The notes: generated from the sequence alone by a model not told the origin. Positions 11,085 to 20,774 are shown, numbered from the stretch's first letter. The stretch is 64,000 nt of DNA from Bdellovibrionales bacterium (GCA_965199825.1 OZ241329.1:864001-928000); one strand, 5' to 3'. Numbers and translations: made by a program.

Positions 11085-11510
11085 ATGCGACAACTCCAAT
11101 GGGCTTTGACTTCTTTGGCGATCCTTAGTTTGTGTATGGTGCTTCACCCAGGACTTCGCGGCTTTGCCCGCTCGAAGATCTTTCGCCCCCATCGCAAACT
11201 CCTCTCGATGGTGAGCGGCGATGTTTTTCATAATGGCTCAACAGCTTCTGTTTATAAAGTTCAAACCGAACAAGGTTTATTTATCGAAGTTTATGGGCAC
11301 GATCGCCTGCTCTCGCGTTTGCCACTGCCCCACGCCCGAAACGGATTCTACAATTTTGCAGGCAAAATTTCCGATCTTGCATTGCAAGACAACAATGGTG
11401 AATTGGAAATCGTTGCTCCTACTTATGATGAGCATCTTGTGCCCCGTCTTAATATCTTTCATTATAGCCCCCAACGCGCGCGGATTGAACCTGTGGAGAG
11501 CGGGCTTTAG
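11085..11510 (+). CDS. Hypothetical membrane-anchored/exported protein
   Basis: N-terminal hydrophobic segment; LALQDNNGELEIVAPTYD..RLNIF; TAGAAT 7 nt before the ATG. Confidence 0.75.
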   Translation: MRQLQWALTSLAILSLCMVLHPGLRGFARSKIFRPHRKLLSMVSGDVFHNGSTASVYKVQTEQGLFIEVYGHDRLLSRLPLPHARNGFYNFAGKISDLALQDNNGELEIVAPTYDEHLVPRLNIFHYSPQRARIEPVESGL

Positions 11511-11590
11511 CTCGTGGCGATCCAGTTGCAGGTCTAAATCCTAGCGCAGACAAAAACTGTCAAAGCAAGAATCAGACTTGTCTCTCTGAT

Positions 11591-12415
11591 TTATTCGATA
11601 CATCTGTGGTGGGCACGATGATGGCCAGCGCATAATATCGTAAGGTTGTCTTCCTCATGGGTGCCACCTTTTGATTGTGGAATAATGTGATGGATATCAA
11701 GGTGGCGACGTTGAGCACATCGTTCGCCTTTCTCATCGACATGACTGCATTGACTATTGAATTTGTGATGGACTTTTCGCTTAAGATTAATGGTTAACTT
11801 TATCGTGCCCGCAGATTTTTGGCGAATCGGTTTTTCTAATGGGTCAAGCTTTTGATGAAGCTCCTTAAGTGCCGCCAGATGAACATCAGCGATTGAAGCC
11901 GGGCGTTTCAATTTTTGACTTAAGAGATCTTGTGTTCGTTCAAGCATCGCAAATTCTTCCTGGGTCATTGAATATGAAATCACGACTCTCAACGTATCAC
12001 CCGCCTTTTGATATCGTGCCCGCTCAGGAATGACTTTTTCGGGTTGGACCTTTGCAATCTCTTTTTCGAGATGGCGTTTAGTCCCTTTGGCCACATTGAC
12101 CCAGTGATCGACATTTTCTTTGTTAACCACAGCGGTAATTCGATTCACTTTTGAAAGCGACAGCTCCTCCGATTCCATTTTTAATTTAAGCTCGGGGAGT
12201 TCAGTAAATTTTTTTGCAATTTTATTTACGATACTCGCCATCTCTTCCGACAGCTTCAGTTCCTTAGTTGAGTATTCAAACAATGATCGACAGCCGTACT
12301 GAGAAAAGGTTTTATTTTTCCAAACGAGTTCCAAAGCATTGAGCAATTCCATTTCGGTTTGACGATGAGCCGTGGCGGCGCTAACTGCATTGCGATGAAT
12401 TTTTAGATGATCCAT
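11591..12415 (-). CDS. HNH endonuclease with N-terminal helical region (copy 1, 274 aa)
   Basis: C..C..LDIHHIIPQSKGGTHEEDNLTILCAGHHRAHH; AGGAGA SD; near-identical to 40299-41123. Confidence 0.93.
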   Translation of the reverse strand: MDHLKIHRNAVSAATAHRQTEMELLNALELVWKNKTFSQYGCRSLFEYSTKELKLSEEMASIVNKIAKKFTELPELKLKMESEELSLSKVNRITAVVNKENVDHWVNVAKGTKRHLEKEIAKVQPEKVIPERARYQKAGDTLRVVISYSMTQEEFAMLERTQDLLSQKLKRPASIADVHLAALKELHQKLDPLEKPIRQKSAGTIKLTINLKRKVHHKFNSQCSHVDEKGERCAQRRHLDIHHIIPQSKGGTHEEDNLTILCAGHHRAHHRCIE

Positions 12416-12658
12416 AAATATCTCCTATTTAGGAGGAGTGTATCATGGCTTTTTAAAAACCAGATTTACATGATTGTTAGACGCAAACCTCATTGCCGAA
12501 GTTTGTTGGGTTTTTTGGCCTACAATTCATCTTCAATGATCAGCGCAAATAAAAAAGTATTTTGCTTCTTAAAATTCGAATGTAGGCCATCAAAGGCTGC
12601 AACAAAATGTGTCAATAAGAAATCAAAATAAAATACACGCAAACAGGCGGGCACGATA
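12416..12658 (-). other. Conserved non-coding leader of HNH copy 1 (candidate structured RNA or element end)
   Basis: Colinear with 40045-40298; inverted repeats GGCCTACA/TGTAGGCC (12517-24/12581-88) and TTTGTTG/CAACAAA (12502-08/12600-06). Confidence 0.6.
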
Positions 12659-12789
12659 CACCGTCAACCTGGTACTCAACTCAGAATTAAAAAAAAAGCA
12701 TCTCGACAGTGCATTCGAAACACTTGAAGAAATTTACGGCACGATAAACCCATTAAGCTCCAAAGCTCCCTACGCGGGCACGACTAACC
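12647..12789. repeat. Three CGG(G)CACGA motif copies upstream of HNH copy 1
   Basis: GCGGGCACGATA 12647-58, CGGCACGATAAACCCA 12737-52, GCGGGCACGACTAACC 12774-89. Confidence 0.75.
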
Positions 12790-12944
12790 AGCCACCGATG
12801 ACAATTTTTGTTAACCCGGTGGCAGCTACAACTTAAACCCAACTACCTTCGTCCACATCCAGCCAAAGTGACAAAAATAGGCCTCAGCATTCTTTTTTTT
12901 TCAACCCACTTGTGAAGTCTCTTAACCGAAAGTAGAATCCCGAT

Positions 12945-13607
12945 ATGAAATCAATATCTTTAGCTCTTGCCACAATCGTTCTTTCAGCCTGCAGCGGTGG
13001 CGGTAACGCCCTTTATGTTGCGGGTACTCAGTGTGCTCTTAACGAAAAAAGTTTTTATGATCCGCTTCCGGTGGATGTTAAAGATGCGAAGGTGATGAGT
13101 GTTTCGTCTTCTGGCTTGACCGAACTCGAGCCTGGTACCTACAGCTATGTCGGCGCCGAAGCGGTCTTTTCTCAAAAGCTTGAGGCTGATCCACGTGATC
13201 CAAACAAAAATCCAAAAGATTTAATTGTTCATGTTCGTGAAAGTAAACCACTTGGGGCGACCGAAGGATTTCAAGACCGTGTGTGTGTGCGCAACATCAC
13301 TTACGCTCCTCGTAATATCACTAGCAAAATTCGGGTGATCAGCGACATTCTGGTGTCGGATCGTAAAGAAGTGACCTTTAAAACCAAAGAACTCGGTTTT
13401 GAGATTACTCCTGAAAAATTGAATCCTGTGTTTGGTGAAACTCTGAATAAAGATTTTGTGAAGAGTTCCCGCGCTATGGATTCGCGAATCACTGAATACA
13501 ATATCTACCAATTGGATCCGACCGATAAAAATAAATTTGAAATTCGTGGACGCAAGTTCGAAGCGGGTCGACGGGTTGAGTTTTCGGTTCAACTGTTAAA
13601 GCACTAA
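12945..13607 (+). CDS. Hypothetical lipoprotein
   Basis: Lipobox LSAC; TTGTGA-N17-TAGAAT promoter-like sequence ending 6 nt before the ATG. Confidence 0.78.
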   Translation: MKSISLALATIVLSACSGGGNALYVAGTQCALNEKSFYDPLPVDVKDAKVMSVSSSGLTELEPGTYSYVGAEAVFSQKLEADPRDPNKNPKDLIVHVRESKPLGATEGFQDRVCVRNITYAPRNITSKIRVISDILVSDRKEVTFKTKELGFEITPEKLNPVFGETLNKDFVKSSRAMDSRITEYNIYQLDPTDKNKFEIRGRKFEAGRRVEFSVQLLKH

Positions 13608-14410
13608 ATCTCAAAATGAATGATCAGCGGGCTAATATAATATTGACCAAAGCGATCATAGTCTAAATAGATCGACGAATAATTTACGGTTGCTTGATAC
13701 CAATGATAACGAATGCTTAAGCCACTTCCCCAGCGGAAGGGCTTAAGATGTTCATAGACGTCGCTTGCGAAATTGTATCCGCCGTAAACATCTGCCGCAA
13801 AAATTCCCGAAACAAAACTAAAGCGCGTGATAAATGACGACATCACCGCACTGCGAACCACATAATTCATCCACAACAGTTGTGGATCTAGAATCACACC
13901 CGCTCCCAATGTAATGGTAGGCGAATTCAGATGCAGCAAGGCTCCAAAGCGTGTGAGCTCATTGGGTGAGCCGACAAGATTGTGAATCTCATCGTGCACC
14001 GCTGCCCCGCCGTAGTTGCCAAAACTTTCGAGACCTCCGCCAAGTTCAAATTTTAAGGATTCGATTTGATATGAAAAGTCGATTCGGCCTTCGAGCTCAT
14101 CGGCATATAAACCCTGAATCGGAAAAATTTCTTGATTGCGAAAATGGGTTTTGATCACGGGCGTAAACAATCTGCGATTGAGACTAAGAACTTTGGTCCA
14201 CGATGATGTTTTGGGAAAAAAATAACTGATGCTCGTGCTGCCGGTCATCAGCTTGTCGGTGCTTCCTAAGTAATCATCATTTAAGACGCCAATCGAAATG
14301 CCTTCCGAGTTTAAATAAAAATTGCCGGGATCGCCAACCGCGGTGCTTGGCGTGTTGGAATAATCAAAAGGCAATGCCTGACAGAGCGCCAAAAATAAAA
14401 AAATGATCAA
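13604..14410 (-). CDS. Outer-membrane beta-barrel, lipid A deacylase LpxR (DUF2219)-like
   Basis: ND....D..(M)TG, FTP and LYA motifs resemble the LpxR family; alternating beta-strand pattern near the C-terminus. Confidence 0.55.
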   Translation of the reverse strand: MIIFLFLALCQALPFDYSNTPSTAVGDPGNFYLNSEGISIGVLNDDYLGSTDKLMTGSTSISYFFPKTSSWTKVLSLNRRLFTPVIKTHFRNQEIFPIQGLYADELEGRIDFSYQIESLKFELGGGLESFGNYGGAAVHDEIHNLVGSPNELTRFGALLHLNSPTITLGAGVILDPQLLWMNYVVRSAVMSSFITRFSFVSGIFAADVYGGYNFASDVYEHLKPFRWGSGLSIRYHWYQATVNYSSIYLDYDRFGQYYISPLIIHFEI

Positions 14411-14425
14411 TCTAAACTCTTTCGG

Positions 14426-15463
14426 TTATTGGGTGGTGCGTTTGTTGAGATCACGCCAAGATTTGCCCACCCGAGCAGCAGGATCAATCTGAAATTTTCG
14501 AACCGCAGAGGAATGATCGGCATAGGTTTTTGAAAAAACATGGGTGCCATCATTGCGGCTTACAAAATATAAAAAGTCCGAAGTGGCGGGGTGCAAAACC
14601 GCATTAAGGGCTTGGCGGCCTGGATTCGAGATCGGTCCAATCGGTAACGCCTTTACCGTGTAGGTGTTAAAGGGTGTGGGCCTTAAAATATCGGCGTGAT
14701 GAATATTTTCGACCGGCTTTCCTGATTCTTCCATCATACCGTAAATAATGGTGGGGTCGCTTTGCAATTTCATACCTAAACGAAGTCTATTTATAAATAT
14801 TGAGGCGATCAAAGGCCGTTCTTCGGGTGCTCCGGTTTCTTTTTCGACAACACTTGCAAGGGTCACCAACTGTGCTCGGGTCCATGGAATCTTTTGATTC
14901 GCAGTCAGCTCAGAGTAAACGCGCATAAAGTTTTTAACCATCAATGTGATCAACTCAGGAGCGGTTGCAAACTTTGTGATCATATAGGTTTCGGGATAAA
15001 GATATCCTTCGAGGCTTTGGGCTGATTCACCAAGCAAACTTTTGATCAGTTGCGGGTCTTTGCTGGCATTTAAAAATTGGGCTCGGGTTCCATAATTTTG
15101 GGCTTCAAATTCGGCTGCGATATCATATTTGTTGTAACCCTCGGGTACGATAAAAGGCCGAGTAATACTTTTGCCGCTTGAAAGGACCGACAAGATTTCG
15201 AGGGGTCGCATGTTTTGGGCAATGCCATATTCCCCGCGCTTGATTTTAACACCGGTCAAACGGGCTAAAAAATAAAACTGGGTGGAATTTGAAATCAGAT
15301 TTTTTTTGAATAGGGCTTCGGCCACACCTCTTGTGGACGTATGAAGCGGAACTTCGAAGCTGACCGATTGCGAGTCCGACCCCGCGCTTGAAAATATAAA
15401 TTTAAAAGCTAATCCCGAGAAACACAAAATCAAAAAGGTAAATATCAAAAGGATATATTTCAT
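14426..15463 (-). CDS. mltG: Endolytic transglycosylase MltG
   Basis: LEGYLYPETY, LASVVEKET, LQSDPT, LPIGPISNPG, LYFVS. Confidence 0.96.
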   Translation of the reverse strand: MKYILLIFTFLILCFSGLAFKFIFSSAGSDSQSVSFEVPLHTSTRGVAEALFKKNLISNSTQFYFLARLTGVKIKRGEYGIAQNMRPLEILSVLSSGKSITRPFIVPEGYNKYDIAAEFEAQNYGTRAQFLNASKDPQLIKSLLGESAQSLEGYLYPETYMITKFATAPELITLMVKNFMRVYSELTANQKIPWTRAQLVTLASVVEKETGAPEERPLIASIFINRLRLGMKLQSDPTIIYGMMEESGKPVENIHHADILRPTPFNTYTVKALPIGPISNPGRQALNAVLHPATSDFLYFVSRNDGTHVFSKTYADHSSAVRKFQIDPAARVGKSWRDLNKRTTQ

Positions 15464-16966
15464 TTAAAAATTCTCTCTATTTAAACCGGGCAAAAGGGCT
15501 TCGGGGTTATAGGGCTGCTCGTCTTCGAGACTTGCAACTGGGATCGTACAATATTGGATTGCGAAATGGGCCGATGGTCGATCGTTTCCTGATTTGAGTA
15601 GCCCACCAAATGGCAATTTTGAACTTGCACCGTTTGTGGTGCGATTCAAATTTACCAATCCAACTTTGGCGTCGAGTAAACTCTTTTTGTAGAGTTCTTT
15701 TTGTTTGGTAAATAAAGCCATCACCAGTCCAAAACCAGAAGAATTGTTAATCGATAAGGCCTCATCAAAATCTGATACTTTATAGACCGCCACATTCGGA
15801 CCAAAGATTTCGCTTTTTTGATAAACCGATTTTTCGCTCGGCTTTGTAACCAAATGAATACTTGGAGTGACATAATGACCTTGATGCGAAAGCTCGAGCA
15901 CTTTGCCGCGCATCAAACTCTCGGCCCCCTCACGCCGAGCAATCTCTTGAAAGCGCAAATATTTTTCTACCGCATCGGCCGAAATCAATGGCCCCATAAA
16001 CACATCATTTTTCCAGTGACCAATTGATATTTTTTTTGCAGCCTGATGAAACTTATCAAGAAATTGATCATACACTTTTTCGTGTAAAATAATTCGACTC
16101 GTACCCGAGCATCGCTGACCCGTAGTCAAAAAGGATCCAATCAAAGTTTCATAGACCGCTTTGGAGATTTCGCAATCCTCCCAAATGATCGATGCATTTT
16201 TGCCGCCCATTTCGAGAGCCAAAATCTTGCCGAAGTGAGTGAGAGTGTCTTGCTTTATTTTAAGACCCACCTCATAGGAACCTGTAAACAAAATTCCATC
16301 GACCTGTTCATGAACACTGAGCCGTTTTCCGGTTTCGGCTTGGCCTTGCACCATATTAAAAACGCCACTGGGCAGTTCGGCTTTTTGATAAAGCTCTGCC
16401 ATAAACTGCCCAACAGCTGGAGTTTTGTCAGAGGGTTTAAAGATCACGGTGTTGCCCGCAGCAAGTGCAGGAATGATATGACCGTTGGGCAAATGACCCG
16501 GAAAATTAAATGGTCCAAGTACCGCCATCACACCGCGCGGCTTAAAGCGAGTGTAGCCTGTTACACCTGGAATCGCATTTTCGATTCGCTCTTCGGCAAT
16601 CAGCTTTAACGAATGGTTCAAGGTGATGTCGATTTTTGCGATCATCGCTTTGACTTCGGTTTTTGCTTCCCACAACGGTTTGCCCGTTTCGCGCGAAATG
16701 ATTTCGGCATACTGAGATTCATGATCTTGAAAAACTTTGCCAAGTTTTTTTAAGTGAGCACTGCGCTCGTCTTGTGACAGATGACTCCAAGATTTAAAAG
16801 CGGCACGTGCTGCAAAACAGGCTTGATCCACATGAGAAAATTGCACGCTCCCATCGAACACCGTATCCTTGAGATCGGCAGGAGATTCGATTGATAAATC
16901 GTGATCTGGATTTTCGGGAAGTACAAAACGGCCATCAATAAAATCACCGAGAAAAGAAACGGGCAT
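15464..16966 (-). CDS. astD: N-succinylglutamate 5-semialdehyde dehydrogenase
   Basis: GPFNFPGHLPNGH, LALEMGGKN, GQRCS, GASSKLPFGG..SGN.RP; adjacent to astA. Confidence 0.88.
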   Translation of the reverse strand: MPVSFLGDFIDGRFVLPENPDHDLSIESPADLKDTVFDGSVQFSHVDQACFAARAAFKSWSHLSQDERSAHLKKLGKVFQDHESQYAEIISRETGKPLWEAKTEVKAMIAKIDITLNHSLKLIAEERIENAIPGVTGYTRFKPRGVMAVLGPFNFPGHLPNGHIIPALAAGNTVIFKPSDKTPAVGQFMAELYQKAELPSGVFNMVQGQAETGKRLSVHEQVDGILFTGSYEVGLKIKQDTLTHFGKILALEMGGKNASIIWEDCEISKAVYETLIGSFLTTGQRCSGTSRIILHEKVYDQFLDKFHQAAKKISIGHWKNDVFMGPLISADAVEKYLRFQEIARREGAESLMRGKVLELSHQGHYVTPSIHLVTKPSEKSVYQKSEIFGPNVAVYKVSDFDEALSINNSSGFGLVMALFTKQKELYKKSLLDAKVGLVNLNRTTNGASSKLPFGGLLKSGNDRPSAHFAIQYCTIPVASLEDEQPYNPEALLPGLNRENF

Positions 16967-16999
16967 GTCGAGGCTCCTTTCTCACATCTTAAGGGCCTT

Positions 17000-18019
17000 T
17001 TAGCTTAAGGGAGAAATAAAAACTTCTTCACCATCAGACAAATCCAAAAGATTCCACGCTTGGTCTGGGACCGTGAGCTCATGGCCCGAAATATGGTACG
17101 CGGTGCACGCACAACGAAATTGCTGGTCGCGACAAATACTGACAAGCGCCATTCCACGAAATGCAGCATCTTGTTTTCGTGCCTTTAGTTTTCGGCCTTT
17201 TTTAATTGTTGCCACTTCACGCATTTCGCATCCGATATGGGGGCCACCATCAAAGGGATCGACCTCTTCCTTGTATCGAAATCCAATTTTATTGAGCAAA
17301 TGCATTGCGGCCTGAGTCTCTTCGCCCACCCGACCTAAAACAAGTCGAGCTTTGCTGTCGAGCAAACAGAGATAAATATCTTCTTCAGGAAAAAGACTTT
17401 GGATAAATTGATTATTTTGCGACGAAATTTGATCGGCTTCTTTGTAAGGCATGCCGGTAAATCGACGCCCCAAAGATTCCCAAAATTCACTTCGGCCTTC
17501 ATCTGTTAATGGAGGTGCAAGCTCTGCATGAGCCTCGTTTTCGAATCGATCGAAATTTGCGGCCACATAACAAAAGCGCGAGAGGCTAATGACCCTTCCC
17601 AATTTTTCGGGGCGACGTCGATAGCCACGATCAAGCACCAATCCGCCAAATTCGGTGGGTCCATCTGAATTAATATTTAATCGCAAGATTTGATGGATAA
17701 ATCCCACACCCAAATCTCGTGAGAAACGTTCTTTTTTTAAAACCTTGAAACTGTAATTAGGTGATCCGGCTGTTCCGTTTTTGGCAAGGATCATTGCCGA
17801 CCCCGCAACAAAACTATTTTCAACATCTTCTAAAACAAATAAATATTCAGCGTCTTCTTTTGCAAGTTCACCGTTAAAACTGGCCACACTTTTTTCGAGT
17901 TTGCGCGACAGAATACTTTTATCGGCAGGCAAATTCAAAAGGGTAAACTGCCGAGCCAGATCATAAAGTTGACCAAGATCATCAAGCTGAGCATTTCGCA
18001 CTACAAAATTCATATACAA
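17000..18019 (-). CDS. astA: Arginine/ornithine N-succinyltransferase
   Basis: LPAD..L, YLFVLED, FWESLGRRFTGMPYKEAD, VDPFDGGPH. Confidence 0.9.
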   Translation of the reverse strand: MYMNFVVRNAQLDDLGQLYDLARQFTLLNLPADKSILSRKLEKSVASFNGELAKEDAEYLFVLEDVENSFVAGSAMILAKNGTAGSPNYSFKVLKKERFSRDLGVGFIHQILRLNINSDGPTEFGGLVLDRGYRRRPEKLGRVISLSRFCYVAANFDRFENEAHAELAPPLTDEGRSEFWESLGRRFTGMPYKEADQISSQNNQFIQSLFPEEDIYLCLLDSKARLVLGRVGEETQAAMHLLNKIGFRYKEEVDPFDGGPHIGCEMREVATIKKGRKLKARKQDAAFRGMALVSICRDQQFRCACTAYHISGHELTVPDQAWNLLDLSDGEEVFISPLS

Positions 18020-19350
18020 AATCTTTCTATAGCGTGCCGATAAAAGTCGGTGGCTTGTTGAAGTTCACTTAACAAAACACGCTCATTCGGTTCGTGAGAA
18101 TTTCCAAAACTTGTTCCAGGCCCAAAGGCCACACACTCAATGCCTGCTCGACTGAACACGCTGGATTCGGTTGTCGTATTTAAAGCACAAACCTCGGTGG
18201 GAAGCCCCATTTTTTTTGATATTGTTTTAAGGGCTTGAGCAAATTCCGAATCTTGATTCAAAGCAAAAGGCCTTTTTAAATCTTTTAAAGCAAAGTTTGC
18301 ACCTTGCTCAGAGCAGGCCGCCTCAAGTTGCTTCATCCAATTTTCATAAACTTCTTGCGGGACCGAGGGCGGAAATCGGCAGGATCCCAAAATCGAGATG
18401 TGGTCTTCAAAGGTGCGAATCATACCTATGTTCATTGTGGCAAGGGGTTGCTCAAATTGTTGTGCCGGATAATTTTTAAAATCGGCTTCACACACACGAA
18501 TCGCATCGAGCAGCGCTTTAATTTTTGGAACGATCGAATCTCTAAAACCACCCGCAATATCAATCTCCAAAAATGCGGTGCTTGGAACCGTATTAAAACT
18601 GACCCCGCCATTGAGATCCATAATCCCCACGCTCTCAGGAAGCTGACTTAAGTACTCCAACATTTTGATGATGGCATTGTCGCCCATTCCCGGAGCACCT
18701 GAAAGTGCCGATCTCCCATGAAACATTTTGCTCTGGGTGGTGACACTTTCCATCACGTCGTGATTTTTGCGATATTCTTTTTCCTCATCAGAAAATGGAA
18801 GAGTCACTTCGACAACCGCTGTGCCTTGACCCTCGAGCACCAATCGCAGTTCGGTGGGCTCGCCAATCAAAGCCTTTTTTGCATGGATCAAATTTTTGCG
18901 GAGAAGTTTTTGTGCGCCCGTCATTGCCGATTGCGCCCCGAATGTTGCGACCAAAACAAAAGGGCACCTCATCGGTTGACCCAAAAATTGTTTTGCCGCC
19001 TCAAGCTTACATAAAAAATCCAATTTTGAGTCGGCCGATCCTAAACCGTAAATCACATCGCCATAAATACTGGCGTTAAACGGATTACTTTGAGTTTTGG
19101 TCCACAATGCAAAGGGCCCAGGCTCCACCGAATCCAAATGGGTTTGGAGCAAGAATTCATTTTGGGATTTTGGACCAGGCCGAACAATAAGATTTGCGTC
19201 GGTTAAACCCTTTGAAGTCTCGGTGTGGACTTCTGTTTTAAATCCCATTTCGTTTGCGAGCGAAGCTAAATAATTCACAGCTTCTAAACATGTTTGTGAG
19301 GGAGATGAATCCTTGGCAATCAGCTCACGACAACTCTCCCAAAAACTCAA
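18010..19350 (-). CDS. M20/ArgE-like deacylase with a degenerate EE motif
   Basis: THLDSV, GLGSADSK, IGEPT, SHEPNE; the usual EE position reads GAQ. Confidence 0.82.
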   Translation of the reverse strand: MSFWESCRELIAKDSSPSQTCLEAVNYLASLANEMGFKTEVHTETSKGLTDANLIVRPGPKSQNEFLLQTHLDSVEPGPFALWTKTQSNPFNASIYGDVIYGLGSADSKLDFLCKLEAAKQFLGQPMRCPFVLVATFGAQSAMTGAQKLLRKNLIHAKKALIGEPTELRLVLEGQGTAVVEVTLPFSDEEKEYRKNHDVMESVTTQSKMFHGRSALSGAPGMGDNAIIKMLEYLSQLPESVGIMDLNGGVSFNTVPSTAFLEIDIAGGFRDSIVPKIKALLDAIRVCEADFKNYPAQQFEQPLATMNIGMIRTFEDHISILGSCRFPPSVPQEVYENWMKQLEAACSEQGANFALKDLKRPFALNQDSEFAQALKTISKKMGLPTEVCALNTTTESSVFSRAGIECVAFGPGTSFGNSHEPNERVLLSELQQATDFYRHAIERFCI

Positions 19351-20705
19351 GCCAGCTCCAATAAAGATTTTTCGATAATCGATGCGGCCACTTCAATATC
19401 TTTTTGGGTTGCAACCGCAGGAATCAAAAAGCGGATGCGATAAGGATCATGTCCACAACCAAAAGCGATCAACCCATTTTTAAATAATGTTTTTTGAAAT
19501 TTATTTTGTGTTTCTTTTGATCCATCCAAAGGGGTAAAGGCCATCATCAATCCCATGCCTTCGCACTCTTTGATTAATCCTTTGCAAGTGGTGTTGGCGA
19601 GATGATTGATCGCTTTTAAAAATCCATTATGGATCGCCATGACTTTTCCATCTGCACCCATGTAGCCTTGATGATCGAGAATATTTAAAATTTCTAATCC
19701 GGCATTTAATGAAACCGACGAGCCAGAAAATGTTCCGGCAATCAAACCTGGAGCTGGATTCATCGCCTCGGTATAAAGTGTCGCTCCATTTTGTGCCGTT
19801 TTTGCGATGGTACAAATATCAACATATTCACCAAACCCTAAAGTTTCGTAGGCAAAAAAGTTTCCGGTGCGGCTAAAGGTTTGAACCTCATCGGCCCAAA
19901 TCGGAATTTTATGTTCACGCGCAAGCTCTAAGAGAGGAATAAAGTATTCGCGCGGTGCCACCCGAAATCCGCCCTCACCTTGCATGGGCTCAAAAGTAAA
20001 AGTGCAGATCTCATTTTCGGCAATGTGTTGGCGCATAATTTCTAGGGCTTTTTCGCTACTGCGCGCATCGGCCTTTTTGTAAAATGGCAATCGCAAAACT
20101 TCGTTATAGTTGGGTAAGCCCACTTTAAAATCTGGATTGTCGGTGATCTCGGCCATCATGGTAGAGCGGCCCGCAAAGGCCGAACTCATCGCAAGTATCT
20201 TTCGGGCAGGAGTCGTTTTTTGGCGACAAATTTTAAGCGCATTCTCGTTTGCCATTGATCCACATGTGGCAAGCCATGCGTGTCGCATTCGCGAATTTCG
20301 TGAGGCAAGCTCGACCAATTTTTGGGTAAACAAAATATATTCTTTGTTGGGCTGCAGATTTCCCTGCATCACCACGTCTTGAAGTGCACCTTGCAAACTT
20401 GCGGCAAGGACTTGGGGGTGAGAGTGACCAAGAATATGTATTCCGATGCCATTAATAAAATCGAGTTTTACACTTCCATCTTCGAGTTCAACATAGGCAC
20501 CATGACCGATTCCGGAACCCACATAGTCGTAGTACAAGGGCCTTCCCCGAGCGGCCGCAATATTTTTGAGCTCGGCTTCCATCGAGGTTTTTGAGGGTTG
20601 AGGATGATTTAAGTTTTCACCTAATTTTTGAACCTCTGCCAAAATCTCGTCGATTAATTTTTTAATCTTTGGTGAACTTTTTAATTGTGAACCAATCATA
20701 TTCAA
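19347..20705 (-). CDS. Class III PLP aminotransferase (succinyl-/acetylornithine aminotransferase-like)
   Basis: GSMANENALK, FAGRS, EPMQGEGG, WADEVQT, IAK. Confidence 0.88.
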   Translation of the reverse strand: MNMIGSQLKSSPKIKKLIDEILAEVQKLGENLNHPQPSKTSMEAELKNIAAARGRPLYYDYVGSGIGHGAYVELEDGSVKLDFINGIGIHILGHSHPQVLAASLQGALQDVVMQGNLQPNKEYILFTQKLVELASRNSRMRHAWLATCGSMANENALKICRQKTTPARKILAMSSAFAGRSTMMAEITDNPDFKVGLPNYNEVLRLPFYKKADARSSEKALEIMRQHIAENEICTFTFEPMQGEGGFRVAPREYFIPLLELAREHKIPIWADEVQTFSRTGNFFAYETLGFGEYVDICTIAKTAQNGATLYTEAMNPAPGLIAGTFSGSSVSLNAGLEILNILDHQGYMGADGKVMAIHNGFLKAINHLANTTCKGLIKECEGMGLMMAFTPLDGSKETQNKFQKTLFKNGLIAFGCGHDPYRIRFLIPAVATQKDIEVAASIIEKSLLELA

Positions 20706-20774
20706 AACCCTTTCTGATTTTTAGAGACTTGTCCCTAGACAGACTGAAAGCATCTCTCATAGACTCGTGTACTT

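Noticed and set aside
11591..12415. IscB/TnpB/Cas9-like or group II intron identity for the HNH protein
   Set aside because: It is only 274 aa with a C-terminal HNH, and no RuvC, PLMP or reverse transcriptase motifs are recognisable.
12791..12823. Hairpin GCCACCG..CGGTGGC as an intrinsic terminator or REP element
   Set aside because: It has no adjacent U-tract, lies between divergent genes, and no second copy was noticed in the window.
12407..12836. ORFs 12407-12631(+) and 12609-12836(+) antisense to the HNH leader
   Set aside because: Part of the first frame is also open in copy 2, but substitutions are mostly non-synonymous and no SD or shared start is evident, so non-coding conservation explains it better.
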